Part shown: one piece after another, positions 13,606 through 26,990 of the stretch
Position numbering within the stretch: position 1 is the first letter of the stretch
How the letters are laid out: each line of letters starts with the position of its first letter
Assembly (NCBI RefSeq): GCF_001194135.2
Contig: NC_069002.1
Span: 2,192,616-2,256,615, forward strand
DNA from: Octopus bimaculoides
Taxonomy: Eukaryota
DNA: 64,000 bases
Direction of reading: 5' to 3'
The notes under the pieces: model-generated
The model's database searches: none
What the model saw: only the letters and a program-made list of their open reading frames with translations
What the model was told of the DNA's origin: nothing
Made by a program: the position numbers and the translations under genes

Positions 13606-13924
13606 TTATTTATCATTATACATGTAGTATGATTAGCAGTCGTAAAAGAAGGAACAGTAAACATTATAGTACGCAGCTGAAGTGAGAGCAGTAGCAGCAG
13701 CAATGTTGAAAACAGCATCGACAGAATAAACAAAGTCATTGGAACTATAATACTGCATTAGCATTTAATGGTATTCACATCATGCATTTCTCGGTGCAGA
13801 TAAATTGCACCATAAAACAACCAGCACTTGCATATTTAATTATTTCGTTTAAAAAACCACTATACATAACATTATGTATTTTCTAATTTTTTGTTTCATA
13901 TTGAATATTCTCTTCAAATTCTTT

Positions 13925-13941
13925 TAGCAATGTCATTATTA

Positions 13942-14030
<89 letters not shown>

Positions 14031-14060
14031 GCTGTTGTTTTTGTTGTTGTTGTTGTTGTT
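13925..14060. repeat. (TTA)n-(TTG)n microsatellite
   Basis: Directly visible. Confidence 0.95.
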
Positions 14061-15125
14061 ATCTTTTCAGTATGTTTTACTTTAAATTGTCTTGTTTTCG
14101 GAAAAAATAAAATTTTGAAGAAATCTTAGCAAAAAAAGAAGAAAAAAAAAAAAAGAAATGGAGCAATCGTGATGCGTTTTTATGTATTTTCGTATTTGTT
14201 TTGCATCTTTCATATTTTTAAGTTTAAATATTATTGTTTGTTTTTAAATATGACTACACTTGTCATCATTGCATATAATGTTCTCTTTTCGAGAAAGAAA
14301 ATTATATTGAAAGCAAAATAAATAAAGACCACCCGTATAGTACTTTTCGCGTTTTACATAATTTCATTTGATTTTCTTCTATTCTTTGTCATTTTTTGCG
14401 TAATTCTGTTCAATATTCCATATTTTTTTTCAATATAAAATAAGACAGAAATGACATGTGATATATATAAAAACAGTATATTCTAAATTATAACAAACGC
14501 TTAAGTAATCACTAGTACAAACTTGCCACACTAATGTGTTTTGCAATTGTTTGTATATTTGACTATTTCTGTCTTCTTTCAATGTTGTAAGTGCTTGTTT
14601 CTGTATCTATTTTCTGTGTTTCTTACTTGCACGAAAGTTACTAATTTTCTCTTCACCACACACCACTCTACCCAATCCCGAATCTGTCATCTCTCAACCC
14701 TCATAAATGTAATTTTACATATTTTTTTTTATTTGACTAACATGGAAATTATATTACTATATTCGATTCCTGTTTTCATTTAGTCCTAATGCTAACCATT
14801 GGAATGTAAATTAAAATTCAAAACAGAACCAAAGTATAAAATAACTGGCCAATTATTTCCAGGCATAACACTTTCCTAAATGATTTACAACGCCGATGTT
14901 TGGCTCGTATGCGCCAAGTCCGGTCTGCAATCCGAGCATTGATACTTCGTACGTCATCAAAGATTCTGCAACTAGAGAAAGATGACACACATCATTGTGG
15001 TGATTATCAATTTAGTTGCTTCTATTCCAGTCAGTAGAAGTGGAGCCCTCTATGATACGGAAGTATCACATTGACGCAGTGTGTATTTGTGCGTGTGTAT
15101 GTATGTATGTATGTATGCATGTATA

Positions 15126-15156
<31 letters not shown>

Positions 15157-15345
15157 ATGTATGTACGTACATATGTGGGAGATAGTTTGTTCGTTTCGCA
15201 CATTAAAACATTTAATTCATACTTNNNNNNNNNNNNNNNNNNNNNNNNNNNNNNNNNNNNNNNNNNNNNNNNNNNNNNNNNNNNNNNNNNNNNNNNNNNN
15301 NNNNNNNNNNNNNNNNNNNNNNNNNNNNNNNNNNNNNNNNNNNNN

Positions 15346-15383
<38 letters not shown>

Positions 15384-15904
15384 ATGTATGTATATACACA
15401 TAAACGCACACACACACTTATATACATACATTTGTTTGGATTTAAAGAAATACACAACGAACAGCCAAATCTGCTACATATTTCTGTAAAACGTATCCAG
15501 TTCTTATCAGCACCATTAATTGGCTTTCTTTCTAAGTTCCAAACTACAGTGAATGACTTGTGTTTCAATGACTACCTTCAGCAATCATATTATGTTTGAT
15601 TAAAATTACATCAAATACTAATTCTGCTGTATTACGCATTCGCTTCTCACTAGAACAATTCAGTCTTCAGCCATATGCACAGAAATACGCATAGACATAC
15701 AACTATGTGTAATATGAAATATAATGTTGTCGCAAGACTTCAACTAACAGAATGGCACTCGATCAGCTCAAAGAGTGAAGATTATGTTATAATAAAAGCA
15801 CAAGTTTTGTTGAATACCGTTACCTAGGGTTATTTTCGTTGGCATAACGCGCTGAAACCTGTGCCTCATATAGCTACACTAATGGTAGTGCTTGTGATGA
15901 TTCC

Positions 15905-15917
15905 GGTGGTAGTAGTC

Positions 15918-15968
<51 letters not shown>

Positions 15969-16018
15969 TCTGTAGTAGTAGTAGTAGTAGTAGTAGGAGT
16001 AGTAGTAGTAGTAGTAGT
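15905..16018. repeat. (GTA)n microsatellite
   Basis: Directly visible. Confidence 0.95.
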
Positions 16019-16841
16019 TGACGCAACACCGGCAGCAACCAGTGTCGAAAGCAACTGGTGGTGAGACAATAAATTAATGCGGAGCTGCAACGTGTTGGTT
16101 GGAATTGCCAACGGAACGTCGCGTTTGCATTGCTCATATTAGCACTAACTGGAAAGTGCTGTTCGGTGTTCAAATTTGCTTCTGTTGTGTTACGATGAAT
16201 TTGTGAAGGAATGCAATAGGTAGAAAGAAATTTAGCTGGTAAGTGTGGAGTTAACTTGAGTAGGTTACAAAAGCCAGTTTCTCACATTAAGTTTGATCTA
16301 ATTCGAATACCGACATATGTGAGCAATCTGAAGCAAACAATGAATTTATCTTAGGCTGCTATGACTTCTACGCAAAAGAATTACATTCACTTTACCTGGA
16401 TCCATTTATTTATATAGATATATAAAAATAGGCTAAACCCAAGGCATTCTGATAATTCATGTACGTAAATAAATCCATTTTACAGAACTAGGCACACTTT
16501 CCTTCAACTTCTCGTATGCGATTAGGGTGATGCTGCTTTGTATACTCATGCTGAGAAAGCGTAGATGCAAATATTCTACTTTGTTTTTCTTTTTGCGATT
16601 ATATCTATTTCAGCTTACATTAATCTCCAATAATATATTATCTTTCTATTAAAATGTAATAGCATAGAATATTTTCTTTCGAACAGTAATTTCTTAAATT
16701 AAAGCATATTCTCTTATATGTTGCATTAATATCAATTTTATAATATAACAGCTCTAATTTTTTCATTAGTGACATAATATCGATACAGAGAGACACACAC
16801 ACATATTTACGGCACACACGTACATCTTTCTTTCTGAATGA

Positions 16842-16880
<39 letters not shown>

Positions 16881-17870
16881 TGTGTGTGTGTGTGTTTGTG
16901 TGTGTGTGTGCGTGTGTCTGTGCGTGTGTGTATAAACATATACACACACAACGCACACATGTAACGGTTTCTCATTCTCCTTATGCGGCCTGGCTAAACG
17001 AGTCAACGTAAAACAACATAATGACAAGTCATTTCAGTCGAATATAAATGCATGTATGTGTGTGTGTGTGTGTGTGCATGCAAATATATATATATTAGCA
17101 TATATATACATATATGCATGCATAAATCTATGTATGCATATACCAATACATGAATATATGTATGAACTTATAGAGAGTAAGTGGAAGCGAAAATTAGAGG
17201 GAGAGAGGTGTATAATCAAATTATTTCTATTATTTCAGCAACCGATTAACTCAGGTAATATCTTATTGGTTGTGCTGAGCAGATAGGAAGAATGCTTTCT
17301 AATCTCTTCTCATGGCTTGTTTTATTCAATTAAATTATATCAGGAAATGCTATAGAGAAGCAAATATGAACGACTGTACGCACTACATTATATTTTTCAC
17401 TCTATTGTCGATGTATTTATTTTTATTATCTTGTTGATGTTGAAGTATATTTATTTTTATTAACCTGCTTAGCTCTTTTCATAAAAATCTATAAATTGGT
17501 CGTTAGTGGAATTTTAAATAACAAAACGTCGATAGTGTTTAATACATTTTATAAAGTATTTTGTTGTTTAAGAATATACGACTGTTACAAGAATTTTATG
17601 GTGTTGTTTTTGTGCACTAAAATAACCACCAAGTACTGTATTTGACTTCATTAATCATACATTCTATTGAAGTATTGCATTATGTTAGTAATTTATGTTA
17701 TGACAACGAATTTGCAATCAAACAGACTCAAAGACTTGCTGCTATTTGTACATAGCTATGAGTATGGTCGAGTATGTAGTTTTAGGAGAGTGAGATGGAG
17801 ATTAAGAAAGAGGGAAGACAAAAAATACAGATCGAGGTTTCGATATACAGTCAGTTTCAATATACAGGGT

Positions 17871-18086
17871 GGCGAGCTGCAGAATCATTTGTATGCTGGG
17901 CGAAATGCTTAGCGATATTTCGTCTGAGTTCAAATTCCGCCGAGGTACAATTTGCCTTTCATCCTTTCGGGATAGATTAATAAATACTAGTTATTCACTG
18001 GGGTCGATGTAATCGACTTAATCCCTTTCTCTGACCTTGTTTGTCCCTTCTATGTTTGGCTACCTGTGGGCAATAAAGAAATGAAT
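17871..18086 (+). mobile_element. tRNA-derived SINE family A, near full length
   Basis: ggcgagctgcagaatc...cgaaatgcttagc...gagttcaaattccgccgagg...tttgcctttcatcctttcggg...ctggggtcgatgtaatcgac; A/B boxes are present and it aligns with other copies in the window. Confidence 0.9.
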
Positions 18087-18727
18087 ATACTGTGATTCTG
18101 AGTTACCTAGCTTTTCCTTTACATACGACCACAGATTTATTGGGGAGCAGAACTATTTTCCCACCATGCTTCGCATTTATGAGCTTGCTTATATGTTTAT
18201 TTACATACACTAAATAATGAACCGAGCACTGTGTTCTGATAAAAGTGACGGGGGGAAAATATTACGTAATTCTTATCACATAATAAACCGTGTTACCGAC
18301 CAAACAATCAAAAGTATATAACAATCAAATTCGAATTACAATTCAAAGAACAAAATTCTCAGGTTTTTAGCAGAAAAACTATACGAATGTTTATATATGT
18401 ATATATATATATATATATATNNNNNNNNNNNNNNNNNNNNNNNNNNNNNNNNNNNNNNNNNNNNNNNNNNNNNNNNNNNNNNNNNNNNNNNNNNNNNNNN
18501 NNNNNNNNNNNNNNNNNNNNNNNNNNNNNNNNNNNNNNNNNNNNNNNNNNNNNNNNNNNNNNNNNNNNNNNNNNNNNNNNNNNNNNNNNNNNNNNNNNNN
18601 NNNNNNNNNNNNNNNNNNNNNNNNNNNNNNNNNNNNNNNNNNNNNNNNNNNNNNNNNNNNNNNNNNNNNNNNNNNNNNNNNNNNNNNNNNNNNNNNNNNN
18701 NNNNNNNNNNNNNNNNNNNNNNNNNNN

Positions 18728-18784
<57 letters not shown>

Positions 18785-19290
18785 AGTATATATATATATA
18801 TCAGAAGTAAATATAATTGTAGACTGAAGAACACCAGTACAATGTTGGCAAAGCTATAGAATCTGAGATAAAATACATTGAGATATTGTCAACAGTGAGT
18901 CGGAAATGAAGTGAAATACGAAAATATAATGCCATAGAAATGATGAAGGTATGGGGACATATCAATACACACAAGAGATTAGATAAAAGCCAAATTTTAA
19001 CTTTCGCTGTTTGCTTATTTCATGTACAACTTCGTCTGCTAATGTTTACTTTGAACTCTGCTAGCTCTGCTAAAAATGTCTGTGGAAGCGAGCCAACAGC
19101 AGAGCATCTCAGAAAGCGTCGCCAAAACTTCCTTAAATAAACGGCTATCCTCTGTGATTCATTAAAACAGAATAAGATAGAGAATGTTATGTATATTAGT
19201 AAAAGAGACAGAATGGTTCTGGTCTATAAGTATCTGGTTTATTCGACAACTATAACTCTTTACCAGTCATTAATGAACATATTTGGATCG

Positions 19291-19399
19291 GGGCTTGGCA
19301 GACCGGCGCTATAGAGAAAAAAAGGTATCACGTGGTATTACACTGAGTATAGTTTTGGTCTGAGTTCTAATTCTGTCGAGGTACACTTTGCCTTTGTAC
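19291..19399 (+). mobile_element. SINE family A, highly degenerate 5' fragment
   Basis: Contains tctgagttctaattctgtcgaggtacactttgcctt. Confidence 0.55.
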
Positions 19400-19552
19400 T
19401 TATTTTAGTCGCTATTATATTTACTTTCGATGTAGTAATGATTAATAGAGTTGACTATAACAATGCAACTGATACATCGCCATATCAAATGACTTAAGCC
19501 AGTATCAACTTTTTAAGAGTAACAAAAGACATATACTTCTCTCTCTCTCTCC

Positions 19553-19619
<67 letters not shown>

Positions 19620-20785
19620 CACACACACATACACATACACGCACACATACACATACACGCACACATATACATATATATATCTATTCATACACATTAATAC
19701 ACACACCTTTGTACTAATACATCATTGTAGCAATCCAGTTTATTAGTCTCAGTCATATATTTAATGACCTGACGGTTTCACTCAAATTCCGTTCCCCTCT
19801 CACATTCATTTCTGCCATTCACTTTTGTTTATCTCATCAATTACAATTCATCGTATCTGTCTAGCCTCTGCACTTTCCTCTGACATGTTTACAGTCTGCA
19901 AAATCAAAAAGTCACGCCTAAAATACTTTCATCTTGGCTTCACTTTTTCACATTGAGAACTATACCAGTTTGTGCAAGATGGTTCTGACTCTTTGAGCAT
20001 TCATTGTTACTCATAAAAGTAGGTGGTTTTGGTAATGATAGACTTACTTCAAAAACTTTACTTACCGTCGTATACGCATCCCGCATTAAAAATTCTTTTA
20101 GATATCGCAAATATTCTAAGTCACGTGCGAATAAATACGTTACATAGAATAAATGTTTATGCACAACAAAGTGTTTATTAGATAATGGTAATATAGCTAA
20201 ACTAAAGATTTTGCATCAATTGTTATAAAATAATAAAATAAATTAACCGCACTTTCGTTTGCAGGAAACAACAAAGAACTTCATCGAATTCACTATTTAT
20301 ATTAAACACAATCCAGAACTTTGCTGTAATGTCTCCGTCAATTTCCACGAAATACATTCTATGATGACGCGATTTAATATTTTATAAAGAAATACGCGTT
20401 ACATTGTATCAGTAAACTAAATACTAACTGAAATTAGTTAATAGGGAAACTTCACGCCTTAGCTATAAAATTTTAACAGATGTAAATATATTTGCAACCC
20501 ACTTCGCACTCGGGAAATAGAGGGATGTTGTAAACGAATGCCTGTTGCTTTATCATTAAACAACAATAAACGTCTCATTTTTTCTGGCAACGGAGAGAAA
20601 TATATAGTAAGCGATAAAGCAATACCAGGTCATCTCCTACGCCTCAAAAGCAATTCTGAAGAAACATTTGATGCCGAATTCATCAAACATTTTAATGCAT
20701 TGTTCTTTCAGTTTCAGATTGTTTTAGAGACATAGATTAAGTAAATGTGAAACGATCTAAGACAATCCGAAACAAACTTCAACAT

Positions 20786-20998
20786 CATTATTTTCTACTC
20801 TCGGTAGAAGGCCCAAAATTGTTAGAAAAGAGTCCAGTCGGTTAGATCGACCCCAGAACACAACTGCTACCTAATTTATCGACCCCAAAAGGATAAAAGT
20901 TAGAGTCGACCTCGGCGGAATTTGAACTCAGAACGTAACGACAGATGAAATACCGCTAAACATTTCGCCCGGTGTGCTAACGATTCTACCAGCTCGCC
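20786..20998 (-). mobile_element. tRNA-derived SINE family A, full length, reverse
   Basis: Reverse complement of the family A sequence from ggcgagctggtag to gagtagaaaa; contains gtcgacctcggcggaatttgaactcagaacg. Confidence 0.92.
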
Positions 20999-21461
20999 GT
21001 CTGGCAGAAACTCCAACATTATTTAATTAAATGTTAAACAATTATTCCCGCTTTACATCGATGCTTCCATACTAAAGACGTCCCAGTTAATTACGTGGAA
21101 ACAAAATTTCGAATTGGAATTCTTGCATTCATGTAATTATTATAATTTCAGATTGCTATTAAAATCTACAACTATGTCCCCTTTAGATGATGAAATAATA
21201 GATATAACCCTTAAAATTACGCCTAGGTAAACGCTCAGCAGCGAAATACTGTTCTCTGTGCTTTAACGTGTTTCAATTAATTAATGAAATACAAGGTTTT
21301 ACTTTCGTTTTGCTATAATAACCATTATGTTTCACAGGGACAAGTCATTTGATTCACGTAATAATGTCTCTTCCGAGATTTCGCTATTTAGTTACACCCT
21401 CGATTCACATTAATTTTTATGGCATACTAGGTATCTGTGCGTCTCAAAGCTTCTTGACAGA

Positions 21462-21518
<57 letters not shown>

Positions 21519-22964
21519 TGGAGAGAGAGAGAGAGAGAGAGAGTGAGAGAGAAAGGGGCAAAAAGAATGAGTGAGATGGAAAGAAATAAGGAAATAGCGT
21601 TAGAGAGATATAGAGATACTGTGCAAGTTTATATATATACACACTCACGTATGTGTATGTGTGTTTGCGAGTGGTAGTGAGACAGAGATAATGAGTGAAA
21701 GGGAAGGAGAGAGAAAGAAGGAGAAAGAGAAAGAGAGAAAAACGAAGTGATATAGGAAAATTAAGCGGTTAGAAAGACATAAATACACTGTGTGATTTGA
21801 TGCACACATACACACGTATGCTTGTGTATGTGTTTGTGTAAGTGGTAGTGAGAGAGAAAAAGAGAGATAGAGAGTGGGAAACAGAGCAAGAGGTTTATAT
21901 GACATCGCAAATGCTTAGCCTCAAACATAAAATTGTGTCGTTCTGCTTCGATTCGTCATTGTTTCATGGCAATTTTAGAGTGATTTTTCGCACACATTAA
22001 GGAATTTCCTGGAAAGCAAGAATGTGCACAGTTGTTGAATAAAGTCGAATTATATGCGTGCATCGACACTTAAAAATGTGTCGAATCAATGAGATAGATA
22101 TTCGCCACACACAAGCTCACACTACACACTACACACACGCACTCAAACACGAACACATACGTAGTAACATGCAAACATATAGTCATGTATAGTGTGTGTA
22201 TGTGTATGGGGGAGAGAGAGCACCAGACAGACATACAAACAGACAAATATTTATTATATCAATAGATGATTGTGCACTATGATTTTCTTCGTGTTGTTTC
22301 ATTAAAAAACAGAATTTTTAAATCGAGCTCATTAGAAGTCTTTATTTGATCGTTATTAATGAGGTTGTTATTATTGTAGTGATTTTTGTGCTTGCTGTTG
22401 TGTTGTTAACCCATAAAAGTCTTTGGTTGATCTGAGTGGTACACTGACCTTGGGAGTTCAGGTTTGGCAAATAACATTCTCGGCCGCATGTCTCCCGAAA
22501 TATACTTTGTTGTGGACAGTACTCCGGCAATTAATTTGGTCTGGGTTCCCTCAGCCACACAACACACGACTTTCAATAATCAATTCTTTAATATTTTCTC
22601 AAAATGAATAAACTCTGTTTTGAATTGCATCGCGGTTTTTTCTTTTTTACAACTGAAGATTTAGAAGAGTTTTGCTACACTTAAAACACTGCATAGATGT
22701 GGGAAGATTAAATATTCGGAAGTTTGATTTTGTGCCTAGCTTAAGCAGGAATTGCTCTGTGGTGAACGCAAGTAGCCACGAATCGGAACCGTATTTTACC
22801 TCAAACATCCCACGTGATTTCTCTATTGAGTCGCGACTCTTGAACTTTTAATGTTGAAGCTAGACTAAACAGAAATGTGGAAAGATGAGGTAGATAAGCT
22901 TATCTCGATTTTATTGGACATCACTGTAAGAGAGGAGGGTTAGGGTCTATTCTGAAATGATATT

Positions 22965-23063
22965 AGTCAGCCGCAGCGAAATTTGAACTCAGAACGTAAA
23001 GACGGACAAATCTCCGCTAAGCATTGCGCCTGGCGTGCTTAACGTTTCTGCCAGCTTCTCGCC
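22965..23063 (-). mobile_element. SINE family A, 5' half, reverse
   Basis: aatttgaactcagaacgtaaagacggac...ctaagcatt...tttctgccagcttctcgcc. Confidence 0.85.
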
Positions 23064-23853
23064 TTAAAATTGTATATAAATATTGTCTCTTTTCTTCAGC
23101 CGAAACGTTACATTTTCAATAACATTAAATTCATCTGGCTTACATCTAAGATAAACTTACTCGAATGATAGTATATTTTAGATCTTAAATAAATCGCAAG
23201 GTTTACTACTACGAAAACCCATTCCTCGGTAGCCTTAATGTTGCACATATTTTAAAGATACTGTACAAATCCGTGTTTGTAATACATTATAGGTTTCTAC
23301 ACACGCATATACGCACAGAAAAAAAGAAAATACTTCACAATACAGTTCACTAGATATCACCTGATTGAAGACATTTTAATGGTCGGTTTAATAGGTATGG
23401 CATCACAGATACTATTATGTAATTTACTTTGGCATCAGATGGTTAATATCATCCAGAGTTCTTCAAATATTTACCTGAGAGCTAGGTAGAAGTTGTTCAA
23501 CTGTCTTTTTTTTTTCAATTAACTGAATTTTTTTTTTCTATTTTGTTTTCGTTCACACTTTTCTTCTTTCAGAAATCCCATTTCTCTTTTGCTAATTATA
23601 TTTGCTCCCTTTTATCCGAGTCGTAGTAAAAAGTCTATGTACATCCTTATGTATTCATAAATTTTACCAGAAAATATTCAACCTCATTTCGAAAGTTCTC
23701 TACTCTGTAATACAATGTATAATGTCATCAATAAGGTCGCCTTTGGCTTGGCGTGTTCAAATATTACGCCCATAGCTAGTCAAGATTCATCGTTCACACT
23801 TTCTATGAAAGTATATATGTGTATATACATATACACATACACACACACACACA

Positions 23854-23901
<48 letters not shown>

Positions 23902-24244
23902 CATGTAAATAGAGAGAGAGAAATATATATCAATATATATATGTGTGTTGTGTGTATGAAATTATGCATGCACATATGTCTATCTGTCTATCTATCTATC
24001 TATCTATCTATTTATTTACCTATATATATAGAAAGGTGTGTGTACGTGCTTCTTTCAAAAATATATCGGCTAAATTTACTTTGATTTGTTTTATACAAGT
24101 CCTATCCAGTTCACTTGTCTAACGTCAATTTTAATCTGCCATATCTACATCAGTCACCTGCTACACATCATCGAAAAAGTATTGGGAAGAAAGGATTTCT
24201 GGTGCACACATAGGATGCTATATCGTTTACCTTTTATTTGGTTC

Positions 24245-24330
24245 ACTCACTGGAGTGTGGCCATGCTGGGGCGTCGCCTTAAAGTAGAAGTTTTAGTCGA
24301 ATGAATCGATCCCAATATTTGTTAAAACTA
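24245..24330 (-). mobile_element. SINE family B tail fragment, reverse
   Basis: gtggccatgctggggcgtcgccttaaag...ttttagtcgaatgaatcgatccca is the reverse counterpart of the tail at about 53090-53130. Confidence 0.6.
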
Positions 24331-25748
24331 GTATTTAATGTATTGCTTTCTGTTGGCGAACCTCGTTGGAAATTTGAGTCTGCCTCATGTTATAGCTGAT
24401 TCGTTAACTTTTTCAGACATTGGAGCATTTTACTGTGCAGCAACATTACTCTTTTGGTTATAGTAAACCGAATCCAGAGTAAGAAATCTAGAAGTTGAGC
24501 TATTATTTACTTTCAAACATTTGCTTTATGTGTTTCTTCTAATTATTTAATAATCATAGACAGTCTCAATTATAGATCTGCTTTACAAATTAAAATTTCA
24601 TCCGCAGAACATTACTCCCATCCCTGTGTTAATATTTGTGCGCCTTTATCGATCTCGACTTTTGCTATCGCCTAGTACAAACAAACAAAAGAGATGTACT
24701 CCATTTTAAACCATCAGTGTTCTATAGAATTGCTGCTACTCCGGTTGAATGTTGCTTGCACTCATTCTTTAGAAATCAGCTACTGTGCTTATCGTTTTCC
24801 AATACAAGAAGGAAATGTCTTTGTAAATTTAACTGCATTGTGCCTCAACAGTAAACGGAGAAAGACAGAATGATGTAGCCACATGTCAGAAATGTGAAGT
24901 ATCGTTAACGATTAACTTACATCTTGCAAGTCAATAAGGAAGGACATTATACAACCAGTTTTATACCAAATTATATACAACGCTCTTAAATTCTTCTATA
25001 TTTTCTTTAATGCTAAAGAATTAAAAATTTGCGACGAAAAAATGTAGAAACCTGACATGTCATCGTCGAGGGAACAGGCGTTAAAAGACAGAGCTCAGAC
25101 ATCCGAGCCGCAAAGAACGACTCGGACTCCCTCGCCTCCCGCTAACCTCCCTTGGCTATAAATGCCAACAGCTTTTCTCTACTACCCTACGCTTGAACAT
25201 CCATCTCAGGCACCGGCACCCTCTGCAATCAACTCTTGAAGATGCTCATTCACTCGCTATATATTATCTACTCAGACACAAGTTAATTCCGACGAAGATA
25301 GATAGATAAACATCTGATTAAAACAGTAGGTCTGGCTTTCAGTGGCAGTGTATTTAAATAACAATAAAATAAACACCAGTCTGGTGATGGCAGAGATAAG
25401 CGTCTATTTTTCAGTACAAAACATCAAATATTCATTAATATGGCGATGAGGAAATTCAAGTTTGAACAGAAGCTGGAACAAAACTAGTGACACTCTACAG
25501 GAGACATTTTGTTTCTCTCTCATCTGTTTTATTTCATTAACCTAAACTAATAGTCAACGTTCATATTATATTCAACGTTTTTTGATATAATCTTGATAGA
25601 ATTTATAGATTAATATTATTGTCATTCCTCCTCTATGTTTTTTTGTAACAACAATGCAGTGAAATTGAATTGTAATCTCTCTTTGCTCATATTGTGCAGC
25701 TTTCTTTTCACATGATTAAACAAAGGTGACAACAGTACATGACCCACG

Positions 25749-26030
25749 TGGTTTCAACAAGAGAGCCTGTCTGTATGAACGGCAAGAGTTTCCATGGGTA
25801 TTATTAAAGAAATGCTTATTGACCATGTCATTTCTCAGTGCAGTGATATGCCATAGCCTGTTCAAAAGCTCCATCATTTGGATTGTGAATATTTACTTTA
25901 TGGTGGCTACATCAAACGCAAATTGATAGCCAATGAACCGTACACATTGGATAAACCAAAAGCTGTGTGAATCATCAGGAAATTACTAGAAAACTTCAAG
26001 GCATGGTACGACGTGCAATGCACAGCAGAG
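25749..26030 (+). mobile_element. Tc1/mariner transposase relic (C-terminal catalytic region)
   Basis: Translates as WFQQESLSV*TARVSMGIIKEMLIDHVISQCSDMP*PVQKLHHLDCEYLLYGGYIKRKLIANEPYTLDKPKAV. This is colinear with the WFQQDGA..HTA....WP..SPDL...DF.LWGY.K..VY..KP.T motif series; it contains in-frame stops. Confidence 0.8.
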
Positions 26031-26441
26031 AGTATAATGTACAAAGAGCGGAACCTCAATTATATACGTAAAATAATGGGAAGCGTTTACATGATGTTAC
26101 TTCCAAGACTAAATCATTGACTGCTATATCTTTGTTAAATGTTTATAAATGCCGTACATTTTTCTGTTTGCTTGCACAAAGAATCAACATTGCTTACGTC
26201 GTGTATTTTTACATTCATCTATATATATATATCAAAGTTCCACAGGAGATATTCACTCTTGCACACACACACACGTGTGAGTATATATATATGTATGTGC
26301 GTGGCAGTATGTGGGAATATGTGGGAGGGTTTTGCGCTCGTGTATATGTGTAAGTATACACGTATATCTATTATGAAACGAACATGGCACCATAGCGTTT
26401 CAAATGATTCCAAATTACTACTACAGCTTCTTACTGGTCAT

Positions 26442-26505
<64 letters not shown>

Positions 26506-26726
26506 GTATGTATTTATGTATGTATGTATGTATGTATGTATGTATATGTATTATGCATGTACATATATATCGATATATGCATTTACACACTGGTACACAC
26601 ACGCGCACACACACATATATATATGCGTATATATACACATACATATATTCATATACCTATATTTATGTATGCATCTATCAATCTATCTGACACCTTCTGT
26701 ATACGTATATGTGTGTGAGTCAGTGT

Positions 26727-26772
<46 letters not shown>

Positions 26773-26785
26773 GGANNNNNNNNNN

Positions 26786-26814
<29 letters not shown>

Positions 26815-26818
<4 letters not shown>

Positions 26819-26990
26819 GGAGCATGGCTCAGTGTTAAAAAGTGGTGGGCTTGTGTTTGTAAGTCCGCTTCCAGGACCAGGCTGAGTCTTGTGTTCAAGA
26901 ACACAATGCACCATCTAATCAAGGGATTGAAATCGCGAGTTCGCAATCGAGAGCACAACAACCTTACCGCTCGGACATGTGCCTGCACTC
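26815..26990. mobile_element. Two convergent tRNA-derived SINE heads joined at a central hairpin
   Basis: Forward head gaaggagcatggctcagtg; reverse head cttaccgctcggacatgtgcctgc; central ttgtgttc-aa-gaacacaa at 26889-26906. Confidence 0.6.

Noticed and set aside
14852-15000. GC-richer segment with several open frames (HNTFLNDLQRRCLARMRQV; SLMTYEVSMLGLQTGLGAYEPNIGV)
   Set aside because: No frame or strand is favoured, the donors are weak and I recognise no homology.
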